The notes: generated from the sequence alone by a model not told the origin. A stretch of DNA of 64,000 bases from Octopus vulgaris (GCA_951406725.2 OX597827.1:58962001-59026000); one strand, 5' to 3'. Numbered from the stretch's first letter, positions 40,639-53,777 are shown. A program made the numbers and translations.

Positions 40639-41057
40639 CGACGGGCTTCTTTCAATTTCCATCTACCAAATCCACTCACAAGGCTTTGGTCAGCCTGAGG
40701 CTATAGTAGAAGACATTTGCCCAAGGTGCTAAGCAGTGGGACTGAACCCAGAGCCATGTGGTTCGTAAGCAAGCTACTTACCACACAGCCACTCCTACGC
40801 CTACATTTTGCCCACATTTTTTCATGAGTTTTAATCACTTTGTTACACTACTTCTTTTGAAATACACTGCCTTTATTTCAGTTAATTTTGAAAATAACAA
40901 AGAATTTATTAAATAATTTTGTCATTATTAAGCTGGTGTTTGGAACATGGTTTTTAATCTAGTTTACTTTAAAACAAGGAATCTATATGCTAGAACCAAG
41001 GGCAGTTTCAGCTGGGTTGGTATGCAAAGAGTTGGAAAAAAAAACGTTTCTTCCTAC

Positions 41058-41095
41058 CTCGGGTTTCAAACGTTCAAGAGCACTTCCAGCATTAT
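41058..41095 (-). CDS. unc-79: UNC79 38-nt small exon: DNAGSALERLKPE
   Basis: tttttctgcag acceptor, GAG|gtagg donor, phase 1 to 0; required to keep frame; resembles vertebrate DEVGSLVEKLKPQ. Confidence 0.9.
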
Positions 41096-41224
41096 CTGCA
41101 GAAAAATAATTTATAAATTTCTTAAATTCTTAATAATTTGTGACATTTCATTTAACATATTAGACAGTAAACTATAATGAATTTTATACTCTGTCTCAAG
41201 AGCAAAACATGTGTATGTGTGTAC

Positions 41225-41765
41225 ATCATCATCATCATCATCGTTTAACGTCCGTTTTCCATGCTAGCATGGGTTGGACGGTTCAACTGGGGTCTGGGAA
41301 GCCAGGAGGCTGCGCCAGGCCCAGTCTGATCTGGCAGTGTTTCTACAGCTGGATGCCCTTCCTAACGCCAACCACTCCGAGAGTGTAGTGGGTGCTTTTT
41401 ATGTGCCACCTGCACAGGTGTCAGACGAGGCTGGCAAACGGCCATGATCGGATGGTGCTTTTTACGTGCCACCGGCACGGAGGCCAGTTAGGGCAGCGCT
41501 GGCAACAACCACATTCAGACAGTTCTCTTACGTGCCACCGGCACTGGTACCTCAGCAACAATTTCCATACATATAGATTTGCACATATATATATATATAT
41601 ATCTATCTCGGAGTGGTTGGCGTTAGGAAGGGCATCCAGCTGTAGAAACACTGCCAGATCTGACTGGCCTGGTGCAGCCTTCAGGGCTTGCCAGACCCCA
41701 GTTGAACCATCCAACCCATGCTAGCATGGAAAGCGGACGTTAAACGATGATGATGATGATGATGA
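41225..41765. repeat. foldback of RTE-tail-like SINE (inverted arms ~160 bp)
   Basis: catcatcgtttaacgtccg...aaccactccgaga at 41225-41381 versus its reverse complement at 41607-41765. Confidence 0.85.
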
Positions 41766-42323
41766 TCTATACATTTATTTATACATACATACACATATTC
41801 AATTCAATTCAATTCAATTTTTATTGGCTCAAAAAGCTAAAAGCTAGGCCATGTAGGGGGACAGGGAGTTATGTACAGGGAGGGTGGTCATACAAAGAGT
41901 TCAGGCAATTTCTAGATTTCTGGTCAAGAGAGACTTTAAACCGAGCAGTCGTCGGCATCTTCACTATCTCGTCCGGCAGCTTATTCCACGGATCCGCAAC
42001 CCGGACGGAGAAAGCCCCTCTCCTTCGATTGAGATGAAATCGTTATAGATAGGGCTTTTCGGAGTGACCCCGCAGCCCACGCTCTGGAGCAGGAGTGAAG
42101 AACACATGTACACATATATGACAGGCTTCACCTACCATATTCACTCACAGGGATTTGACTGGTGTGGAGCTATAATTGAAGACACACACCCAAGAAACTG
42201 CACAGAGACTGAACCTGAAAGCACATGGTTGGGAAACAAGCATCTTAACCACACAACCATGTCTGTGCCTATAGTTTATAAAACATCACAAAAGACAGAA
42301 ATATACTAAATACGATAACATAC

Positions 42324-42390
42324 CATCAGTTAAATAGGCTGTGGCATCAAACCACTGGAATAGCATACTTAGGAGACGACCAAGGATTTC
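42324..42390 (-). CDS. unc-79: UNC79 exon: EILGRLLSMLFQWFDATAYLTD
   Basis: ttttacag acceptor, G|gtatg donor, 67 nt, phase 0 to 1. Confidence 0.93.
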
Positions 42391-42883
42391 CTGTAAAATA
42401 TGGCAGAAAACAAAAAATAAAAAAAACAAACAAAAGTAAAAGAATAATTAGAGAAATCAAAATGAGTGTAAAATATTTAGCATTCAAATTACTCTGTCAT
42501 TCATTCATATTGTTTTGGATTAATTATGGTTTATATTGAATAGCTTTGTGACCCTATAATGTGATTGTTGATTTTTAGAATATTAAAGAGTAGGTGTGAT
42601 AGGCTAGATCTGGGGTGCTGCTTCAAAAAATTGTTAGCCGTTGTTTTAACATTGAATAAAAGGAAAGAAACATATAAAAAGAATATTTATACATAAATTT
42701 GATTGGTTTACATTTTAGCCACTGCCGGGTAGCGTGTTTAATTTGTTCACTGAATACCACAGCGAATTCCCCCTTATTTTTCAAAAATACCCACCTAATC
42801 CAGCCATTTTGAATATAAAACAGGGAGATTATTTGGGTCCAGTTTAAATGTTAAAAGACTAATCAACCGTATTTGAGACTTAC

Positions 42884-43067
42884 AATTGAAATGTCTTCTT
42901 TGGGTTTGCAAAGTTCAACTAGCAGCCAAATACCGTAGCGGCTCAACAGCTTCCGGTCAGTGCCGCCTTCATCATAGAAGTCGTCTTCCTCGGGAACTTG
43001 ATAGAAGTGTTCTTCACCCATTTCAACAACTCGTTTTGATTGCAGGGGTTGTGCTTCTTTGAGTAGA
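42884..43067 (-). CDS. unc-79: UNC79 exon: LLKEAQP...DRKLLSRYGIWLLVELCKPKEDISI
   Basis: tttcag acceptor, ATT|gtaagt donor, 184 nt, phase 2 to 0. Confidence 0.94.
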
Positions 43068-43110
43068 CTGAAATTATATATAAACTCAATCAATTAACCT
43101 CACAAATATA

Positions 43111-43321
43111 CAGGGTGTTCATAAATTATCTTTACAACTTCTACAACTTATTGTCTAGATGTATTGCATCCAACTAATGAAGCCCATGTGGAAGTGTTCA
43201 GATGCTTCCAGTAAAACTTTATTTGTTTGCCTAATTTTTCCAATAAACTCTGCTGAGTTAGCATTAATATTAATTTTTTTCTGAAGTTTTCATATTGTAA
43301 AGATAATTTCTGGACATCCTG
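43111..43321. mobile_element. Tc1/mariner-type MITE
   Basis: TA|CAGGGTGTTCATAAATTATCTTTACAA...TTGTAAAGATAATTTCTGGACATCCTG|TA. Confidence 0.75.
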
Positions 43322-43371
43322 TAATTATATATAAAAAAAGAATGGTCTGTTCAGGCTATTGATCTATAGAG

Positions 43372-44750
43372 TGAGGTGTCAACTTGAGAACATGACATTT
43401 TTGAGTTGTTACTGTTTCCAATTTAACTTTATGCCATTTATTTTTTAGAAAATAATAATGGTAGACACTCAGCTTACTCAAGAAATGAAGAGACCTGCAG
43501 TAACTGTGGCCTCAATGGCTGAGCAAAGCAATTTAGAGAGAGTTCAGTTTTTAAAAGTTGCCAGATCTTTTGTCTACTAAGTTTGCAAGGAGTTAGAAGC
43601 TTCAAATGGAAAGGTGTCACTAGTATCAAAATGCAAAAAGCATTCCCAACAATCCAATATCATCAGAAAACCCAAATTTATTCAAGAAGTTCAGTGGATC
43701 ATTGATGGAAATCTTACAAAATCCATGAGGCCAATAGCAAAACATCTTCCTGTCCACAAAGACATCTGATACAAATCTTACATGATGAGAAGGGGTCAAT
43801 TTGTTTCAGAAAAAACCCAGATGACATAATTTAGTTTTTCTCAGATGAGGAAAACTTTGACCAAGACCAGAAGATTAACAGCTAAGACCAGAAGATTTAA
43901 GGCGGCGAGCTGGCAGAAACGTTATCATGCCAGGTGAAATGCTTAGCGGTATTTCATCTGCTGTTACATTCTGAGTTCGAATTCCACCGAGGTCATCTTT
44001 GCCTTTTATTTTTTCGGGGTCGATAAATAAATACCAGTTGCGCACTGGGGTCGATGTAATCGACTTAATCCCTTTGTCTGTCCTTGTTTGTCCCTTCTAT
44101 GTTTAGCCCCTTCTGGGCAATAAAGAAATAAGAAAATTAACAGAAGAAATGACAGATGATTATGCTCAGATCCTTCTGAAGTTCCAACAATCATGCACAC
44201 AAGATTTCTGACAACTGTCATGGCTTTTGAAGTTGTCCATAATGAAAGACATGTGATGCTTCCTCACTTCTTTCCATAAGGCCTTAGAGTTAACTACATT
44301 AAGGTCCTGGAAACTGTTGTCAAGCCCTGGATAAATAAAGAATGTATTTCAGCAGGACTCTGCACCATCACATAAGGCTCAAGCAACCTACAAATGACAA
44401 TTTTCATGACCATATAATCCCTAACACTTAGCCTCCAAACTCACCAGATCTTAGTCCATAGGACTACTATGTGTGGAGTGTTGTTGAGAGAGAAGTCAAT
44501 TATAACACCAAGGATTCTTTGAAAGCTGCCATACTCGGAGTATTGTCTGATATGAACCAGGACCATATAATTTGGGAACATAGATGATTCAGATCTCACA
44601 TACAAGCAGTTACTGATGCTGAAAGTGGTTACATTGAATAACATTATGAAGAAGATAATCTAGTTTTTTTCATTACTAAAGCTGTTTTTCTGCTGTTCTA
44701 TGTGTTTTACTAAAAAAACAAATTTGTCCTCAAATACATTATGTACCCTG
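43372..44750 (+). mobile_element. maT (DD37D)-like transposon fossil with nested SINE (~43897-44135)
   Basis: FSDEENF, VFQQDSAPSHKA, PPNSPDLSP.DYYVW motifs in broken frames; boundaries approximate. Confidence 0.75.
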
Positions 44751-45130
44751 ATTGATGTACCAAGAACCACATAATGAAGACTACAATGATATATCTGGGT
44801 GAACATTATTTAAACAAATCCTTCATTATTTTTTTAAAGATGGTAGGATGTGATTTGAGGTAGTTTTGGCTGTTATTTTGTAACAGGCCCAGCAACAACA
44901 TCGAGATTTCCCTATAGACTCAACATCCAATCGGCCTTTGTTATAATTATGTTTAGAACTACATTATCCAGTGTGTCGTTCTTCCTTCCCTAAACAGCAG
45001 GGTATAATTTAAGAGAGATTTAGCTCTGCTATTTCTAGCAAGTGATGTAACCAGATAGAAGCTCCTTCATTGGTTCATTTAGACTATAATGATTTACCTG
45101 TGTTGTCAAATCCTGAAACATGTAACTCAC

Positions 45131-45345
45131 CTTACAATAGCATCGATTAAATAACGCTGCATCTCTCGATCACAATGCCAGATTTCTGGAATGCTTTCAT
45201 GGAAGATATGTCTCTGTCCAGTTTCACTGCTGTGGCGTACCATGTGACAGTTTTGACAGTACCTGATTGGTCGGTTACCATTCTGACTAGCACAGTTGAT
45301 ATTAAAACAGGTACACACGGCAATGGCATTGCTTGAACGGCAATT
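45131..45345 (-). CDS. unc-79: UNC79 exon: NCRSSNAIAVCTCFNINCASQNGNRPIRYCQNCH...YLIDAIV(S)
   Basis: tttag acceptor, AG|gtgagt donor, 215 nt, phase 0 to 2; Cys/His-rich. Confidence 0.94.
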
Positions 45346-45938
45346 CTAAAGTGTTAAAACAGTGGTAAAATATATGCATTAGATAGATTCATTAACTCAA
45401 TCTATATTCACAATTTCAATCAACATCGTAATTACCTGACATAACATTGGCAGAGGCAGAACTGTATGGATATGGAGCTTGCTTCATAGTCACATGGTTT
45501 CAAGGTCTTTTTCCACTACATGTCACTTTGGGCAAGTGTCTTAGGTTAACCAATACCCTGTGAACAGAATTGGCAGATGTGCTGTCTATCTCAATATGAG
45601 ATCACCATGCCATGCACATGTGGTTGTGATGCATGTATCTGCTGTACCCTTAGCAGATGGGTAGTCATTATGGGTATATTGGACTTTATATATTTGCACC
45701 CAGGTGTCACTCTGACAACATGCACTGCTCTCTCACTCAATAATACTCTTTTACTTGTTTCAGTCATTTGACTGTGGCCATGCTGGAGCACTACCTTTAG
45801 TCGAGCAAATCGACCCCAGGACTTATTCTTTGTAAGCCTAGTGCTTATTCTATCAGTCTCTCTTGCCGAACTGCTAAGTTACAGGGATGCAAACACACCA
45901 GCATTGGTTGTCAAGCGATGTTGAGGGGACAAACACAG

Positions 45939-45987
<49 letters not shown>

Positions 45988-46378
45988 TATACATGACGGG
46001 CTTCTTTCAGTTTCTGTCTACTAAATCCACTCACAAGGCTTTGGTCAGCCTGAGGCTATAGTAAAAGACACTTGCCCGAGGTGCCACGCAGTGGAACTGA
46101 ACCCGGAACCATGTGGTTCGTAAGCAAGCAACTTACCACACAGCCACTCCTACACCTATGATATTAATAATAATGTAATATGGATAAAATGATAAATGTT
46201 TTGGTGCATGACTTTTGGCCTACCCTGTATATGCCACAGAATTAGGGGTTTGAGAAGGACCTTTGATCTTCTTTTGATTTTAAGCATAATATGGTTTAAC
46301 TGGTTCTGCAAACATTAGACATTAAAAAGATGCTAAAAGAATTTGCCAAAAAATATTAAAAGAATTAAAATGTTTTAC

Positions 46379-46537
46379 CTTGTTCTCGCAGGTCGTTGGT
46401 ACATGAGACATTGGAAGCAGTATATCAACCATGTACTCATCATGTACTCTCTGAAGTGGTTCTGCACAGTCACTACAGACATATAGTGGGGGTGGTTTGT
46501 CCCTTGACTGAATTGCAAGAGCAGGGTTTGGACACAT
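46379..46537 (-). CDS. unc-79: UNC79 exon: MCPNPALAIQSRDKPPPLYVCSDC...CENK
   Basis: tttcag acceptor, AAG|gtaaa donor, 159 nt, phase 0 to 0. Confidence 0.95.
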
Positions 46538-47050
46538 CTGAAATATTGAATGAAGTAAGAAAAAAAAAATAGAAAAAGTGAGAGGTTAATGAAAGATGAA
46601 AATATCAAAACAGAGAAAGAAAATGTGAAGGAACTTTTTTTTTTGTTACTATGACTATTGGCACATGGGTATGCAGTTAAGAAACTTGCTTCCAAATACC
46701 ATGTTCCCATGGGTTCAAACCCATTGTGCAGCACTTTGGGCAAATGTGTGTTCTATTCTGGCTTCAGGCCTATCAAAGCCTTGCAAGTTGATATTGTAAA
46801 TGGAAACTGAAAGAAGCATGTGTATATATTCTTTTACTCTTTTACTTGTTTCAGTCATTTGATTGTGGCCATGCTGGAGCACTGAAATTAGTCGAACTTA
46901 TTCTTTGAAAGCCAAATACATATTGCATCGGTCTCTTTTGCCAGACTGCTAAGTCACGGGGATGTAAACACACCAACATAAGTGGTCAAAAATATATACA
47001 TACATACACACACACACACACATATATGACAGGCTTCTTTCAGTTTCCAT

Positions 47051-47081
<31 letters not shown>

Positions 47082-47490
47082 ACACAGACAGACAGATAGA
47101 TAAATAAATATGTATGCATGAATAAGACACGTCAAAAGACTTCATACTATGGCATGGGTTCCTTCTACCAACCAGCACAACTGTACATTATGTAATAAAA
47201 TGAGCAAACCTTTGGCATAGCTCAAGAATCATATAAGGGCCTCACACTGTATTATCAATGACCCATTTCATGATCAGAATTGATACTGTTACTTGTACCA
47301 CATGAAAAGCATTTGTTTTGGTGCCATGTTAAAAGTACCCAGTACACTCAGTGGAGTGGTTGGCACTAGAAAAGGTATCCAGCCACAGAAACCATGCCAG
47401 AACAGACAAGGGAGCCTGGTGCAGCTCCTGGCCTCACCAGCTCTGGTCAAATCGTCCAACCCTCACCAGCATGGAAAACAGAAGTTAAAG

Positions 47491-47521
<31 letters not shown>

Positions 47522-47595
47522 ATGATGATGATGATGACGACGACGATGATGATTATTGTGATGATGATGATGACAACGATGATGATGATGACAAC

Positions 47596-47640
<45 letters not shown>

Positions 47641-47910
47641 GGTGGTGGTGGTGGTGATGGTAGTGGTACATGCAAAAGTAGTCCAGGTTCTGTAGTATAG
47701 TGTAAATACAGAAGTACATTTATACACAAAAAAAAGTACCCAGCTTTTCATTTGCAAGTGTTATTGTATTATTTCAACTAAAAAAAAATAAACAGCCTGG
47801 GTCTCAGAGCATTGTGTAAATAGAGAAAAAAATTTGCACACACACACACGAAAAAGCTAAGGAACCCGGATTACTTTTTCATGCACCACCTTGTATAAGG
47901 ATTTATTTAC

Positions 47911-47975
47911 CTTGACAGCTTGACACTTTCCTGAGTTTACGCAGTTTTCTCGTTGACACAGAACACGTGGCCATG
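47911..47975 (-). CDS. unc-79: UNC79 exon: PWPRVLCQRENCVNSGKCQAVK
   Basis: ttttgcag acceptor, AAG|gtaaa donor, 65 nt, phase 1 to 0. Confidence 0.9.
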
Positions 47976-50184
47976 CTGCAAAAAAAAATAGACAAATATA
48001 CAATTGTGTGAATGTAAAGGAGAATATATTTCCATGTGAATGCGAGTGAGGATGTGCACATGAATGTATATGTGCTTGAATTTACTTATGGGTTTTCTGA
48101 ACATTTATACGAGGTGCATTCAAGAAGTTTTGAGACTTTTTTAATTGAGTAATTATAACTGTCATGGATTATTATAATTTTAGTATATCCTCATTAATAT
48201 GCTAAGCTGACCTACCAACATTTTTTTATTCCATTTTGAAGGTGATGGCTGTAACAGCACTTTTTAACACACCTTAATTGTATGTAAACATGTATGTATG
48301 TATGTATGTATGTATGTATGTATGTATGTATGTATGTATGCATGTATGTATGTATGTGTGTGTGTATGTATGTATATATGTATGTATGTATTATGTATGT
48401 ATGTATGTATGTGTATGCAGATTTGTATGTTTTATGTATGTATTTTCATGCAAGGCGTAGGAGCTGCTGTGTGGTAAATAGCTTGTTTACCAACCACATG
48501 GTTCTGGGTTCAGTCCCACTGCATGGCACCTTGGGCAAGTGTCTTCTACTATAGTCTCAGATCGACCAAAGCCTTGTGAGTGGATTTGGTAGATGGAAAC
48601 TGAAAGAAGTCCGTCGTATATACCTATGTATGTATGTGTGTGTATATCTTTGTGTGTCTATGTTTGTCCCCCCAACATCGCTTGACAATCGATGCTAGTG
48701 TATTTACGTGACCGTAACTTAGCAGTTCGGCAAAATAGACCGATAGTATAAGTACTAAGCTTTAAAAGAATAAGTCCTGGGGTCGATTTGCTCGACTAAA
48801 TGCGGTGCTCCAGCATGGCTGCAGTCAAATGACTGAAATAAGTAATAGAGTAAAAGAGTATAGTTGCATATCTAGACATGTTCAGATACATTTAAATGAT
48901 AAACTTCTGGAAAGTTTTACAGATTTTTTATTGTTCAAATGATGGATTGGATCTGTAGTCATCTAATTAGCTTTCTCCTTTCTGGTTTTGAGAAGCCTAA
49001 TTTCTCAAGATTGGTATTTAGGCAGTGTGTTACATATTGCTTGTCACAGCTGACTAGTTTGCAGAATGCAGTTGGGATATGAAGACAATATGGAAGTTCA
49101 CTATGCCAAAAAAGTTTGGAGTGAAACTGGGCAAAAATGCTACAGAAACTTGCAAAGTGCTCTAGGCTACATATGGATTAACTTATATGAGTCAAGCATC
49201 TGTTTTTTGCTGGCACAAGAGGTTCAAGGACAGGAGGAAGGTGGTGTGAGATGGAGAGAAGCATCAAATTATCCAGGCTAGTTGAGAAAATTTACAACTT
49301 TCAGGATAAAAATTGTTGTGTCTATAAAGACATGAAGCCTACAATTTAGAGTTGGGGTGGCAACTGTCACCATCATCATCATCATCATCATCGTTTAATG
49401 TCCGTTTTCCATGCTAGCACGGGTTGGATGGTTCAACTGGGGTCTGGGAAGCCAGAAGGCTGCGCCAGGCCCAGTCTGATCTGGTAGTGTTTCACGGCTG
49501 GATGCCCTTCCTAACGCCAACCACTCCGTGAGTGTAGTGGGTGCTTTTTACGTGCCACCTGCACAGGTGCCAGACGAGGCTGGCAAACGGCCACAATCGG
49601 ATGGTGCTTTTTACGTGCCACACATGCAAAAATTGTGGACTATTAATTGGCCGGGGCTCTTTCACTCAAGTCAGTGACAATTCACCAGTTCACAATTCTA
49701 TCCTATTAATCAACTACTTGACAGAAGATGAAGATGATGATGATGATGATGACTATGGCATGGGTTCCTTTTACCAGCCAACACAACTGTGCATTATGTA
49801 ATAAAATGAGCAAACCTTTGGCGTAGCTCAGTAGTTACATAAGGGCCTCACATTGCATTATCAATGACTCATTCGTTGTTGCATTTTCTACCTTGGCTAA
49901 ACAGCAAAAAAGTGATTCTTTTAAAAATTGAATGTTCATGGAGTACAAAGTTGGCATACTGGCATATTACGATCAATGCATTGTGCACTATGGTAAGGTA
50001 TGTAACTCTTCTTGTTTCAATCATCTAGCTACTAGCGGATCCAACTCTCACTTCAAAGTACTGTATTTAGCAAAAGATCATATATCCAATTGCTATATCA
50101 GTTGTTCATATAGTGATACAAGTCTCCTTCCCCCACTTCATTTAGGAACATAAACCATTTTGATTGTGTTAATATGGAAAGAAT

Positions 50185-50563
50185 GGAGGCGCAATGGCCC
50201 AGTGGTTAGGGCAGCGGACTCGCGGTCATAGGATCGCGATTTCGATTCCCAGACCAGGCGTTGTGAGTGTTTATTGAGCGAAAACACCTAAAGCTCCACG
50301 AGGCTCCGGCAGGGATGGTGGTGATCCCTGCTGTACTCTTTCACCACAACTTTCTCTCACTCTTACTTCCTGTTTCTGTTGTACCTGTATTTCAAAGGGT
50401 CGGCCTTGTCACTCTCTGTGTCACACTGAATATCCCCGAGAACTGCGTTATGGGTACACGTGTCTGTGGAGTGCTCAGCCACTTACACGTTAATTTCACG
50501 AGCAGGCTGTTCCGTTGATCGGATCAACCGGAACCCTCGTCGTCATAACCGACGGAGTGCTTC
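50185..50563 (+). mobile_element. tRNA-derived SINE (family B)
   Basis: ggaggcgcaatggcccagtggttagggcagcggactcgcggtc A/B-box head; relatives at 55218-55520 (+), 28016-28312 (-), 22365-22652 (-). Confidence 0.85.
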
Positions 50564-50613
50564 CAAATGGAAATAATAGACCGACACGAAACAATAAACA
50601 TATAGCTACTTAC

Positions 50614-50743
50614 GTTGATATTTGTAGTGAATTCCACGTCTTTCTGAATGTGATGGGTTTAATTGGGGCCAGTAGTAGAACAGTAAATTAGCAGCTGGGG
50701 CCCTTGCAGAAGGGGGTCCATATGCAATAACACTGAGCAGGTC
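50614..50743 (-). CDS. unc-79: UNC79 exon: DLLSVIAYGPPSARAPAANLLFYYWPQLNPSHSERRGIHYKYQ
   Basis: ctag acceptor, C|gtaag donor, 130 nt, phase 0 to 1. Confidence 0.94.
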
Positions 50744-50873
50744 CTAGACGAAATTTAAAGAAAACAATTATGAAAATATAATTCTTGAAACAAAGATGGG
50801 GAGAATGATAGAGGGGAGAGTGGTTCATGTACATGCTCATAGATCAAATAAAAATACCTCAATAGGACCTAAA

Positions 50874-50978
<105 letters not shown>

Positions 50979-51067
50979 TGACAACAAAAGAATGAATGAG
51001 ACCTCGAAATTATGTAAATGGAGGAATTTATCTATAAATATAATATGTGACAATGAGTTGGTTGCCA

Positions 51068-51130
51068 TAATAAAACTCAGAGTTTCAGATGCTGGGGCTG
51101 AAGTCTGCTCTGGCATCTCATCAGTTATTA
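51068..51130 (-). ncRNA. minimal type I hammerhead ribozyme-like motif (intact core)
   Basis: UAAUAA-CUGAUGA-GAUGC..GCAUC-U-GAAA-CUC.GAG-U-U-UUAUUA, folded by eye. Confidence 0.6.
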
Positions 51131-51897
51131 CACTGCTATGAAAAAATCATTAAATAAAGGGAAATTACTCCAATAGGCGTGGAGGTATATATATGGGCTA
51201 TGGTCTCACTTGGCTTGTCAGGTCTTCTCAAGCAGAGCATTTCTCCAAAGGTCCCAGTCACTAGTCATTGCCTCAGTAAGGCCCAATGTTCGAAGGTCAT
51301 GCTTCACCACCTCATCCCAGGTTTTCCTGGGTCTACCTCTTCCATAGATTCCCTCAACTGCTAGGGTATGACACTTTTTCACACAGCAGAGTTTAGTGTC
51401 CAATTAAGTCAATTACATCGACCCCAGTGTGTAAATGGTACTTATTTAATCAGCGTAGGAGTGGCTGTGTGGTAAGTAGCTTGCTTACGAACTACATGGT
51501 TCTGGGTTCAGTCCCACTGTTGGTGTTCAGAAGAGCAACCAGCTGTAAAAACCTTGCCAAAACTGACCTCACCTGTGCTTGTACCACGTTAAAAGCACTA
51601 AGTCCACTTTGCTGAATGGCTGGTGTTAGGAAGAACATCCAGCTGTAAAAATCCTGCCAAAAGTTACAGAAGTCTGGCACAGGCTTCTGCCTGGCTAGCT
51701 CTGGTCAGATTGTCCCACCCATGCTAGCATGGAAGGTGGATGTTAAATGACAATGATGATTATAATTAATTTCAAGTGCAAGTCTGTCAATACAATGCAA
51801 CATAAAAATAACTATATCTATATATATAATACGTATTGTTATCTTTTTGGTTGTTTGTGTGTGTTTCTATATATATATATATATATGATAGATAGAG

Positions 51898-51952
<55 letters not shown>

Positions 51953-52561
51953 TAGATACAAGAAGGTATATGGCTCAGTGGTTACAGTGTCAGGCTTAGA
52001 ATTGTGAGGTTGTTTGATTCCTGGAATGACAACCCTAACCCTAAAACCCTAACTCTAAAACCTTAAAACCGGTACAAACACACAAACGATGTCATAAATA
52101 ACAGTGACAAATGAAAAATACACTGCCGATAGTTGTTATTGACAAACAACGGCAGTAATTTTATTCAGCTGAATACACGTCATTGATTGGTTGAAATTAC
52201 CAAAATACGACAACTTTAACGTGAAATAACTTCATAAATATAAGTTTTTCTCAAAAATGCTATGAGAAAAACATATTTTATATGACACATTCTACCAGTG
52301 TCCGAAATTTGAAAGTGTTTAGTTACAAAAAATTATTTTTTAAATCTGTTGGTCAAAAGGTAAAAATCCTTAAAATTTCTTTCAAGAAAAAAAGAAAAAC
52401 AGGTTGTTGTTGAGCATATCAATGCAATCATTGTAGGATGCTTCTGCTGAAGGATCTGTTTCATCTTGACTAGGTTGTTATTCGGCAGCATAGTGACAGG
52501 TACAGAGGTGTACATATTAGTTATGAAAAACAGTGGAGTTAATTATCGGAATTGTACTCAC

Positions 52562-52617
52562 CTTAACTACTTCTCTTTTCATACTCATAAAGAATTCCAG
52601 AATTTGAGAATGAAACA
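52562..52617 (-). CDS. unc-79: UNC79 exon: MFHSQILEFFMSMKREVVK
   Basis: ctag acceptor, AAG|gtgagt donor, 56 nt, phase 1 to 0. Confidence 0.9.
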
Positions 52618-53725
52618 CTAGATTAGAAAGAAATATTAAAAATGAAAATAACATATAAGCACATAAAAACAATAAATACAAATCTTTTTCCATTTTGTTA
52701 CCAGTCACCATAATGTACCCCTCAACTAGTATTTTTGTGGCAATAATAAAGAAAACATTATCATGATTAATGTTGATTACACAGATCCCAATCAATACTG
52801 GGACCTATGTAATCAACCAATCCCTTACCCTCAAAACTACCGGCCTTGTGCCTTCAGTAGAAAGGATTATCATCATCATCACTATCATGATCATGATCAT
52901 CATCAATCATCCTCAATCATCATCATATTTACTTGGTGACCCTGTCAGTGCAGGGACCACTTAAAAAGCATCCAGTACACACTGTAAAGGGGTTAGAGTT
53001 TGGAAGGGAACCCAGCTGTACAGACCTTGCCAAAACTGACAACACCTGTGCTTGTGGCATGTAAAAAGCACTCAGTCCATTCTGCTGGGTGGTTGGTGTT
53101 AGGAAGAGGATTCAGCAGTAAAAATCCAGCCAAAACAGACACAGAAGTCTGGTGCAGGCCTCTTTCTGGCCAGCTCCTGTAAAACCGTCTCACCCATACC
53201 AGCATAAAAGACGAATGTCAAACAATGAAAATGATGATGATACATCTACATACATAAATTTTATAATTATAAGCATAATTATAATTAGGGTTCAGCAAAA
53301 TTGCTTCACCACATACCGAAATTTAGAAATAGCAGTTAAATACTATTCTACTACCATATCTCCCAAACAGCAATACTCCCAACTCACGCAGGCAAAGAGA
53401 AAAAAGGGGACATAAACACACCAACATCGGTTGTCAAGTGATTGTGGAGGGACCTCTTTGCCTGTATGAGTTGGGAGTATTGCTGTCTGGGAAATATCTT
53501 ATGGTAGTAGAATAGTATTTAACTGCTATTTCTAAATTTCGGTATGTGGTGAAGCAAAGTTCTGCTGAACCTTAATTATAATTATGCTTATAATTATAGA
53601 ATTTTTGTATAAGTTTACTGATAATGGTTCTTTTAACATAGCGAACTACTTGGTAAAATTATTAATTATAAATTGATTAATTAATTTTACCCTTTATTAT
53701 TATTGATAATACATACATACATACA

Positions 53726-53758
<33 letters not shown>

Positions 53759-53777
53759 CAGCACAAATGTTCAAGTA

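Noticed and set aside
50185-50256. tRNA-like sequences (also 55218, 23711, 14747, 58596)
   Set aside because: Acceptor stems do not pair properly and each continues into a shared SINE body, so they are SINE heads.
52031-52070. Telomere-like (AACCCT)n repeats
   Set aside because: Only a few degenerate units inside a repeat-like element; no evidence of a chromosome fusion site.
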